From Thermodesulfovibrionales bacterium (GTDB lineage: Bacteria > Nitrospirota > Thermodesulfovibrionia > Thermodesulfovibrionales > UBA6898): 64,000 bases of DNA. A program made the position numbers and the translations under genes. This document shows positions 1 through 7,630 of the stretch, in pieces. The notes beneath the pieces were generated by a model. That model saw nothing but the letters and a program-made list of their open reading frames with translations, had not been told where the DNA came from and searched no databases. Position 1 is the stretch's first letter. Every line of letters begins with the position of its first letter. The stretch is taken from contig JBIOIY010000002.1 in the NCBI GenBank assembly GCA_044450345.1, positions 1 through 64,000 of the forward strand, read 5' to 3'.

Positions 1-121
1 CTGTCCTTGGAAGCGGTTCATTCCCCACTATCTTCGCCAGCGCCTCGCTGGGTTTCATGGCCTTCATAAATGCCGGGTTAGGGGATCCCTTCTTTGCAAC
101 TTTCTTATCCTTTTCTGTCAT
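1..121 (-). CDS. SWIB/MDM2 domain protein (partial; runs off the window start)
   Basis: Manual translation from ATG at 121 (AAGGAG SD upstream): MTEKDKKVAKKGSPNPAFMKAMKPSEALAKIVGNEPLPRT. This matches the PNxAFMKxxxPSxxLAxIVGxxPLPRT start of bacterial SWIB proteins. Not in the ORF track. Confidence 0.85.
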   Translation of the reverse strand, partial: MTEKDKKVAKKGSPNPAFMKAMKPSEALAKIVGNEPLPRT

Positions 122-297
122 CGATGTTCTCCTTACTGTGTACGGATTCAGAGTCTGAATTCCTATATTTTCAGAACGTACGTTTCTAAAAGTATACACT
201 AATCCGACATTTCTGCCCAAAATCCGGATATTCTTGTTTCAGAGAAAAGCACTATCAAGTGACACAACACATGGTAAAATATTAATTAAGTCCACTT

Positions 298-1863
298 TTG
301 ACGTCACAGGAGGTCACCATTTTGCTTTTATCCATGCTGCTTGCGGCATCTTTGATGATCGATGCACTCCACCCTTTGCCACCGACAGCTCCAGGGACTG
401 TTATTGTTGCTGATCAGGACAAGGCTGGAGAAAAACAGCCGGAAAAGAGTGAGCATGAAGTCCCCATGACAAAACCTGTGGTTACCGAACACAAGGTGAC
501 CGTGGAGGGAAGGGAAATAAGCTACACTGCAACGGCAGGTGAACTGGCGATAATGAATGATGCCGGCGAAACTGAGGCACAAATCTTTTTTATTGCTTAC
601 GCTGTCAACAACAAGTCAGCTCCCGGCAGTAGGAGGCCTCTCTTGTTCGTATTTAACGGCGGACCCGGCGCTTCTGCAGTCTGGCTTCACCTCGGCGCTG
701 TCGGTCCCCGGCGTGTCCGAATGCTTGCGGATGGCAGTATGCCGCCGCCACCGTACGTGCTTGTGGACAATGAATTCACCTGGCTGGATAAGGCCGACCT
801 TGTCTTTATCGACCCGGTTGGCACGGGCTATAGTCGGGCAGTCAAGCCTGAACTTACCAAAAAGTTTGCCTCGGTGTCGGGCGATATAGATTCGGTGGGC
901 AGATTTATAAGGCTTTATCTGACACAGTATGAGCGTTGGAGTTCGCCGCTGTTCTTGGTGGGGGAAAGCTATGGGACGTTCCGTGCCGCCGGCGTGTCGG
1001 AGTATCTGGTTGAGCATGGCATCGCTCTAAACGGGATTATCATGATCTCTTCCATAATGAACCTGCAGACCACCTCTTTTGATCACGGCAACGACCTCCC
1101 GTATGTTTTGTTCCTCCCCGGTTACACTGCGACGGCTTGGTATCACAAAAAGCTTGCAGCGCGAACTGACCTGGACAAGACTTTGGAAGCAGTAGAGGTT
1201 TGGACCGAGACTGATTATTTAACGGCCCTTGGCAAGGGGGACCGACTGTCGTCCGAGGAGCGGGAGACGGTAGCGGGAAAGCTGGCAGAATTTACAGGGC
1301 TTGACAAGGCCTTCATCGATAACCGCAACCTGCGCATTGATCGTAAAAGCTTTGTCAGTGAGCTTCTTCGGAAACAGAGGCACGTGGTCGGATACATGGA
1401 TAGCCGTTTTACCGCTCCGGACCTTGATCCGGCGGGGCCTTCCGGTTTTGACCCGACAGTGGCGACAATCCGGCCGCCCTTTACGGCTACGTTCAACGAG
1501 TATGTCCGTGGTGAACTCGGGTTCCGGTCTGATTTGGAGTATTTCACTTTGGGCGGCGGCATCGGGCACTGGGACTGGGAGGCAAAAAACAGCTATGCCG
1601 ATACCAGTGATAACTTACGGAACACCTTTGCCAAGAACCCCTACATGAAACTCTTTATAGCGACAGGCTGCTTCGACCTTGCAACGCCTTATTTTGCGAC
1701 TGAATATACCTTATCACACCTGGGGCTGACACCAACTCTCAGGGCTAACATCACGACGCGCAGATACCGATCAGGGCATATGATGTACTTGGACGGCGAC
1801 TCTATTTCCCAACTGAAGCGAGATGTCTCGCAGTTTATAAGCAGTACCCTGGCAGTGCATTAG
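298..1863 (+). CDS. Peptidase S10 family serine carboxypeptidase, probably secreted
   Basis: FNGGPG, IDPVGTGYS, catalytic GESYG and C-terminal GHM motifs; hydrophobic N-terminus. Start may be ATG 334. Confidence 0.9.
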   Translation: MTSQEVTILLLSMLLAASLMIDALHPLPPTAPGTVIVADQDKAGEKQPEKSEHEVPMTKPVVTEHKVTVEGREISYTATAGELAIMNDAGETEAQIFFIAYAVNNKSAPGSRRPLLFVFNGGPGASAVWLHLGAVGPRRVRMLADGSMPPPPYVLVDNEFTWLDKADLVFIDPVGTGYSRAVKPELTKKFASVSGDIDSVGRFIRLYLTQYERWSSPLFLVGESYGTFRAAGVSEYLVEHGIALNGIIMISSIMNLQTTSFDHGNDLPYVLFLPGYTATAWYHKKLAARTDLDKTLEAVEVWTETDYLTALGKGDRLSSEERETVAGKLAEFTGLDKAFIDNRNLRIDRKSFVSELLRKQRHVVGYMDSRFTAPDLDPAGPSGFDPTVATIRPPFTATFNEYVRGELGFRSDLEYFTLGGGIGHWDWEAKNSYADTSDNLRNTFAKNPYMKLFIATGCFDLATPYFATEYTLSHLGLTPTLRANITTRRYRSGHMMYLDGDSISQLKRDVSQFISSTLAVH

Positions 1864-1992
1864 TATCACAATTGCACCTGAGAGCGCAGTTATTCTGAGC
1901 CGCAACTGACGAAGGCTTCGTCTCGAGTACAGTTTCACTCCGAAGTGTGCGTGGCCTCCGGACGGTGCGTAAAGCAGACCCGCGATTGCCGA

Positions 1993-2364
1993 TCAAAACC
2001 CGCATTCTTCTGAGGGAGTTGAGTTTGCAGAGTACATGTCGAAGTCGACTTCTCCCAAGGAAGGCCCGCCGTTTTTTAATATTTCACTGAGCTTTTTGAA
2101 GTATTCATCGATAATTGGCCGTATCTTAGTTTCCTGCTCTTCGGTAAGCCTAAGACGATCCTTCAAAGGGTACATTAACTGCTCAGGTGATTTACTGATA
2201 CTCGAGAAATCGCCCGCCCGCACTGACATCGGCTGCATTATAATTATCGAGGCAATAAGCAATATATACGCTGCAAGGGATTTCATAAGACTTCTATGAC
2301 TTACCACGACGATGACGCATCGCAGGACAGTCATGGCAGCTTGTGTTACTAAATCACCATGCAT
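1993..2364 (-). pseudogene. Hypothetical exported protein, probably truncated (Spy/CpxP-like helical segment)
   Basis: Strong SD (AAAGGAGG) before ATG 2364; signal-like segment followed by LKDRLRLTEEQETKIRPII; sequence looks unrelated after KNGG. Confidence 0.35.
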
Positions 2365-2529
2365 GGGAACCTCCTTTCTATAAATAAGCCCCAGCTAAAG
2401 AAATCCTTCTTTATTTTGGGGTGAGAGAATGTCACCAAGAGCGACAAGAAGGAATACTTCTTCACCTTGTTGAAACAGAGACGATGCGAATACGAAGGCG
2501 GTTACATTTTTTCCCGCCTGGAGGAGTCA

Positions 2530-2691
2530 TTATGTAGTCTTTCCAAGACCAGCCTCGATTAGTAAGAGACTTTCATTTGACGATGAGATAATTTCGTTCT
2601 TGGAGAACAGAAGGATAGTCTCGCCCTCAAGAAATGTCCCGACAAGCAACGCCCAATATCCATATGTCTTGACGAAAGATTCTAACAACAT
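2530..2691 (-). pseudogene. DedA family membrane protein, 5' remnant
   Basis: MLLESFVKTYGYWALLVGTFLEGETILL matches the DedA N-terminus (YGY...GxFLEGE). Similarity stops after about 28 aa. Confidence 0.65.
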
Positions 2692-2823
2692 GTGACTATA
2701 ATACACCCGAGAAATGAGGATTTTGAGATTTTCCTGAATGACAAAAAAATGTTTGGTAATTAGAGCCAAACGAAATATGCAGGCCTGACCCGGCGAAGTC
2801 CCATTACTCGTCGACCCTCGTCT

Positions 2824-4155
2824 TTATCTGGATTCGTCTTTGATAGTGCTCTTCATGATCACCTGTCCATAAGGGTTCCATGTGGACATGGTGTAGTAGA
2901 ATGTCGAAGTCCCGAGCGCCTCATCGCCAGCCGTGAAGCCGGGGATCAGATACGGCGCATAGTTGCCGCCTGATTGCGCCTTTCTCTCGGGCGGACTCAA
3001 GGTGTCACATGCCGTAGGGTTCTGAACGTCTACAGCGCGATGTATGAAGTGGCAGAGTCCCTCGTCACGTTTGGCATTAAAGATGGTTTGCGGAGCGCTC
3101 CACGGCCCCCAAGGCTTCTCCGCAAGCCTTATCCAGATTCCGCCAAGAGTGGCACGAGTATGATTGGCGCAACTGTAAAGCATCACCCAGCGGTGAATGA
3201 ATTGGTTCCACTGGACCGAAAAATTCGCCATGCAATTGTGCGGCTCGGAGCTGTCGTCCAGGTAATCCTGGAAGAGTGGCGAAGCGTCGATCTCGGACGA
3301 CGAGAAGCGTGGCTTTCCGCCGGAATCCAATCCGGCGAAGTACTCCATTCCTTCTGGATGTTCGAGGAGTTCCGCCTTCCTGCGCGCGAAATACGGAGCA
3401 CTCTGACGGTAGTGTGCACCCCCCTGGGCTCCCCAGAAATAGATGTAATCATCCGCACCTTGCGCCATGGATCCGTAAATGAATTTGGCATCGGGTCCCT
3501 TGGAGAGATCATAAAGATAGTGAAAAGTCCGGGCATCGTCGTCCGAAACCGCCATCACACTTCGTGTTGGTCCGCCCCGGGGTTTCCTGGGTCCGCCGGG
3601 CGGATTGCTGAGGATGTTGTCTGTTCCGAAGATTACGTACATCCTCTCTTTCACGCTAATCCCCGAAATTGGCATTTCATTAGTCCGAAGAGTGATTGCC
3701 GGTTGCCCGTCGGCGTTCAGGACAACGGGACTCTTATAGGCGTCGTTAGGATTGGTAATAAATTCAAGCCTCGGGCACTGGTCGGTCCGCATGTCGGCAG
3801 TGAAAGCTATAGCGTCATCATCATCCGGTAATCGCGGCGGATCCCTTCTACGGTTGGGTTTGCCATGGAACATGGGGCTCGGTAAGGCGTCACCGAACAG
3901 GAAGAACAGCTTGCCGCGGTGCTCGAACGAGTAGCCAAGATCGGCTGCGATCAGCCCGAAACGCTTAACGGTTTGATTGACAGTCGGCTGACCGGTCTCG
4001 TGGTCCAACTGGCCAGTGAACTGGCAGACTTTCTTTGTAGAGCCCTGGACATAGACAATGCTATTAGGAAGCGAAGGCGGTGCGCTTGCGTCCCCGGAGG
4101 CAAATGCAGGGCAGGACAGCGTTAAACTTACTAATGCGAGAAGTAGGCTTTTCAT
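2824..4155 (-). CDS. Secreted DUF4185 domain protein (GH183-like putative glycoside hydrolase)
   Basis: Signal peptide MKSLLLALVSLTLSCPAFA after GGAGGT SD; ADLGYSFEH...FLFGD, WVMLY...PWGPWS, YAPY and TWNPY motifs. Confidence 0.75.
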   Translation of the reverse strand: MKSLLLALVSLTLSCPAFASGDASAPPSLPNSIVYVQGSTKKVCQFTGQLDHETGQPTVNQTVKRFGLIAADLGYSFEHRGKLFFLFGDALPSPMFHGKPNRRRDPPRLPDDDDAIAFTADMRTDQCPRLEFITNPNDAYKSPVVLNADGQPAITLRTNEMPISGISVKERMYVIFGTDNILSNPPGGPRKPRGGPTRSVMAVSDDDARTFHYLYDLSKGPDAKFIYGSMAQGADDYIYFWGAQGGAHYRQSAPYFARRKAELLEHPEGMEYFAGLDSGGKPRFSSSEIDASPLFQDYLDDSSEPHNCMANFSVQWNQFIHRWVMLYSCANHTRATLGGIWIRLAEKPWGPWSAPQTIFNAKRDEGLCHFIHRAVDVQNPTACDTLSPPERKAQSGGNYAPYLIPGFTAGDEALGTSTFYYTMSTWNPYGQVIMKSTIKDESR

Positions 4156-4178
4156 CGGAAGTACCTCCACGCGAATTG

Positions 4179-6281
4179 CTAAGGCGATCCCTTAATCGTG
4201 GTCTTCATAATGACTTGAGTGTATGGGTTCCATGTGTCCATCGTCCAGTAGAAAGTCGAAGTCGCGCGAGACTCATCTCCAGTTGTGAATCGCGAGATAA
4301 AATATGGCCCGTAGTCGCCGCCCCACACCGAGAGACGGTTAGGTGCACTTATGTCATCGCAAGCCTGGTTGTCAGCTGTCACGGCGCGGTGAATGAAGTG
4401 ACAATATCCGCCGTCTCTCATGGGGCTAAAGATCGTCTGTGACTCGCTCCACGGCCCCCATGGCTGTTCTGCAAGTCTCATGTAGATTCCGCGAGGATGG
4501 GATGCTGTATTGTTTAAACAGTTATAAAGCATCACCCAGCGCTTCACAAACCGGTTCCACTCGACCCCGAGTTCACCCATGCAGTTGTGCGGCTCGGAGT
4601 TGTCGTCCAGGTAATCCTGAAAAAGCGGCGATGCCTCGGCTTCGGATGATGAGAAGCGGGGCTGCCCGTCCGGCCCTGCTCCGATGAAGTACTCCATCTC
4701 CGGCCGGTCCATGAATTCGGCCCGTTTTCGCGCCAGATAAGGCTTGCTCTTCCGGAAGAGATCCCCGCCTTCGGTTCCCCAGAAATAGATGTACCCGTCA
4801 TTCCCAGGGGCAATGGCCGTATTGATGAATTTAGCTCCGGGTCCCTTTGAAAAATCATACAGATAACGGAATGTGTTGGCATCGTCGTCTGACATCGCCG
4901 CTACCGTTCGTGTTGGGAAGCCCAGGGGTTCCGGGGGGCGGGCCGTGCCTTTAGGGTTGTCTGTCCCGAAGATAACATACATCTTGCCACCCTGGCTGAT
5001 TCCCGATATCGGGCTTTCATTTGTCCGAAGCCTGATTGCAGATTGCCCCTGGGCATTCAGGACTACAGGGTTTTTGTAGGCGCCATTAGAGTAATGAATA
5101 AATTCAAGCCGAGGGCACTGTGCAACACTCATATCCGTTGCGAATGCGATGGCATCATTATGGTCAGGCGACCGGGGTGGATCGTTCTGAGCATTCGGCT
5201 TTCCCCTGAATCTTGGACTCGGTCTCACGTCCCCAAAGAGGAAGAATAGTTTTCCGTTATGCTCAAATGAGTAGCCATGGTCCGCTGCAACCAAACCGAA
5301 TTGTGTACGCGTCTTATTAACAGTGGGCTTATGTAACTGGCGATCCATCTCGCCAGTGACCTGGCACACCTTCTGCGAGGACCCTTCGACATAGATTATG
5401 CCGCTGGCCAGCGGTGCCGAAAGCGACGTTATGGTTGCCTTATTTGAGGACTTCGGCGCAACGGCAGGTGGCACGACTATGCTTGGTGGGGCAATCACCG
5501 GGGGCTTTACCTCTTTCCCTGCTGAAGCCCCGGTCTGACGTGTCAGATTGGACAGTACCGCGCGTATAGCAGGCGCCCAGGCACGCGCCATCTTATCATA
5601 GCCGCTGGCATTGGGATGAAGCCCGTCTGCATAATCGTCTCTGGAGAGGATGTTCTGCATGTCGACCTTTGAGACCCGCGGACCTTTGGACGCCACAATT
5701 TCTGCGACCGCCTCGTTGTAAGAGCGGTGCACCCGTTCCGGACCGCGCCGAAAGGGAATAATCTGCGCCACGATAACGTGTGTATTAGGCAGACGCTTAA
5801 GAATATCGTCGAGCAGAGCCGAAAGATTGCCTGGTGCCTCGGCCGCCTGACGGTGGCTGATATCGTTTGTGCCGATATGCAGCAGAATAATATCCGGCTG
5901 ATAGGTCTCAAGCCAACCATCAGAATCAATACCGTCCTTGATCTGCGCGATTGTCCAACGAGGGTGACCCTCATTGTACGGTTCGGGAGCGATACCGATA
6001 CCGCTCCTTCGGGACCCCACGAAGTCAATCTTATGGCCCTCGTTCTTGAGAAGCGTCCAAAGCAGGTGCCGATATCCGCCGTAGCCGGGATCGGGACTGC
6101 CAAAGGTGATGGAATCTCCAAGCGGCATGATCTTAACGCTGAGATTCTGTGAGGACGCTTCGGCATAGGCTACACTTTTCGTTAACTGCCCCGGAATCGT
6201 CGGGGATGTGATTGCTCCATCAAATGCAGATGTCGGAAGCAAGAGCGTCAAACTTACTAAGATAAAAAGTACATGTTTCAT
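4179..6281 (-). CDS. Secreted SGNH/GDSL hydrolase - DUF4185 fusion protein
   Basis: Signal peptide; PLGDSIT, IGTND and DGLHP SGNH blocks; Pro-rich linker; C-terminal domain paralogous to 2824..4155. Confidence 0.8.
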   Translation of the reverse strand: MKHVLFILVSLTLLLPTSAFDGAITSPTIPGQLTKSVAYAEASSQNLSVKIMPLGDSITFGSPDPGYGGYRHLLWTLLKNEGHKIDFVGSRRSGIGIAPEPYNEGHPRWTIAQIKDGIDSDGWLETYQPDIILLHIGTNDISHRQAAEAPGNLSALLDDILKRLPNTHVIVAQIIPFRRGPERVHRSYNEAVAEIVASKGPRVSKVDMQNILSRDDYADGLHPNASGYDKMARAWAPAIRAVLSNLTRQTGASAGKEVKPPVIAPPSIVVPPAVAPKSSNKATITSLSAPLASGIIYVEGSSQKVCQVTGEMDRQLHKPTVNKTRTQFGLVAADHGYSFEHNGKLFFLFGDVRPSPRFRGKPNAQNDPPRSPDHNDAIAFATDMSVAQCPRLEFIHYSNGAYKNPVVLNAQGQSAIRLRTNESPISGISQGGKMYVIFGTDNPKGTARPPEPLGFPTRTVAAMSDDDANTFRYLYDFSKGPGAKFINTAIAPGNDGYIYFWGTEGGDLFRKSKPYLARKRAEFMDRPEMEYFIGAGPDGQPRFSSSEAEASPLFQDYLDDNSEPHNCMGELGVEWNRFVKRWVMLYNCLNNTASHPRGIYMRLAEQPWGPWSESQTIFSPMRDGGYCHFIHRAVTADNQACDDISAPNRLSVWGGDYGPYFISRFTTGDESRATSTFYWTMDTWNPYTQVIMKTTIKGSP

Positions 6282-6393
6282 CGGAAACCTCGGTCTATGG
6301 GAAATATATATTATCGGTTCATAGTTGTGTTAAGAAGTTGCAGGCCTGCACCTCCTTCTGTCTTCCCCAACAAACCGAGCATATCAGGAATTT

Positions 6394-6477
6394 GTCCTTC
6401 GGCAACACAGCCATCTTGATTATAAAGGTGCAACCGCTTTCGTTCATTTTTTCATAGGGTTTGGTTTTATCGAAGAC
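6394..6477 (-). ncRNA. Degenerate cyclic-dinucleotide (c-di-GMP-I/GEMM-I-like) riboswitch candidate
   Basis: Minus strand CTTCGATAAAACCAAACCCTATGAAAAAATGAACGAAAGC...CTT-TATAATC-AAGATGGCTGTGTTGCCGAAG keeps GEMM-I landmarks (AAACC-N4-GAAA, ACG-AAAGC, AAGA..GC..G.TTGCCGA) and a closing stem. P2 and P3 pairing is poor. Confidence 0.45.
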
Positions 6478-6489
6478 ATCATTGTTTAC

Positions 6490-6518
6490 TGGATATCATG
6501 AAAAAATTGATCTGTCAA
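6490..6518 (-). promoter_or_regulatory. Putative sigma70 promoter of the DUF4185 operon
   Basis: TTGACA-17 bp-TATCCA with TG extension; would start transcription just before the riboswitch candidate. Confidence 0.4.
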
Positions 6519-6709
6519 CGCGAAAGCAACACGAATCTTGGCTTAAAAAGCACTTATATTGCGTAGTCGCGGCGTTTGTTATTGGTTGAAGTCTTGCTGG
6601 ATGCCCTTTATTTCCAAATGAAAGTTGACGAACACTGAGGGGCGCGAACGCAGCGATCGTCCCGCCCCAGCATTGTGTCCTCAACGCTGCGCACTTGTCT
6701 ACCGCGTTA

Positions 6710-7237
6710 TCATTCAGGATAAGTGATTTTCATCCCTTCCACCGTGGCCCATGGGGTCAGGGTGTGGGAACGGATTGAATGTTTGCTTGTAATGTCCTGG
6801 ACGTCTACCCCGCGGACGAGAAGGGCGTCTCCTATAAGGGAGCGGTGGCAGCGCCAGGGCAAGGCTTCTGCGCACATTATGGCTACTGTCTCCTTTTGAG
6901 CGATCTCGATCAATTTCTCAAGATTAATCCCGAATTCCTCAGTCTGCATGTAGTCCGCAAAGCCCCGAAATGATGCGTTTCTCCATGCGGTGTTCGAGGA
7001 ATCCTTTCTTGCATGACGGAGGCCGCCGAGACCTGGCATATGGAGGTAGCCGATACCTTCGGACCGCAGGCTTTTTTCAAGTTCCTCCCGGTTGAACTGG
7101 GGGTTATGACGCGACTTCGGTATCGTCCTTACATCCACAATCCTTTTTATCTCAAGGCACCCCAGGATCTCGATGAACTCCGAAATAGGATGGGTGGAGT
7201 GTCCGATGGCGAATAGTACGGTCTGAGACTTATTCAT
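6710..7237 (-). CDS. DUF488 domain protein
   Basis: IGHSTHP, VDVRTIPKSR, LGGLR and MCAEALPWRCHR motifs. Confidence 0.9.
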   Translation of the reverse strand: MNKSQTVLFAIGHSTHPISEFIEILGCLEIKRIVDVRTIPKSRHNPQFNREELEKSLRSEGIGYLHMPGLGGLRHARKDSSNTAWRNASFRGFADYMQTEEFGINLEKLIEIAQKETVAIMCAEALPWRCHRSLIGDALLVRGVDVQDITSKHSIRSHTLTPWATVEGMKITYPE

Positions 7238-7447
7238 GATATTAGTAATCTAATCATATCCCTATCTCCATCCCTGTCAGCAATCAATTAACACGGAACG
7301 CAGCGGCTGTCAACGCGCTATTGCCATACACGCAAGTGAGGATGGTCCTGCAAAGCCATTGACCGTAACCGCTGAAACGTTGGGTGGTGTCCTGTTAGGA
7401 CACGACCAAAGTTGATTAGTTCAGGCCCGGCATGATACATTTTATTA

Positions 7448-7630
7448 ATGGGCAATAAAGAGTTATGGTTTTTTCTCTTCTTTTGCGGGGTACTCCTTTT
7501 TAACTGGCCTTTCCTTGAGATCTTCGACCTTTCCCTGCCCTATTATCTATTCGGTGTTTGGGCTGCCCTGATCATTGTCCTCGGCATGGTTGTCAAGAAG
7601 ATGAATAAGCAGAGTAGCGGGCGTGTTTAA
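7448..7630 (+). CDS. Small two-TM membrane protein overlapping the SLC5-kinase start
   Basis: 60 aa with two hydrophobic helices (LLFNWPFL motif); overlaps the GTG at 7623. Confidence 0.7.
   Translation: MGNKELWFFLFFCGVLLFNWPFLEIFDLSLPYYLFGVWAALIIVLGMVVKKMNKQSSGRV

Noticed and set aside
6496..6684. 62-aa ORF upstream of the DUF4185 operon
   Set aside because: No SD or motif, and it overlaps the predicted promoter.
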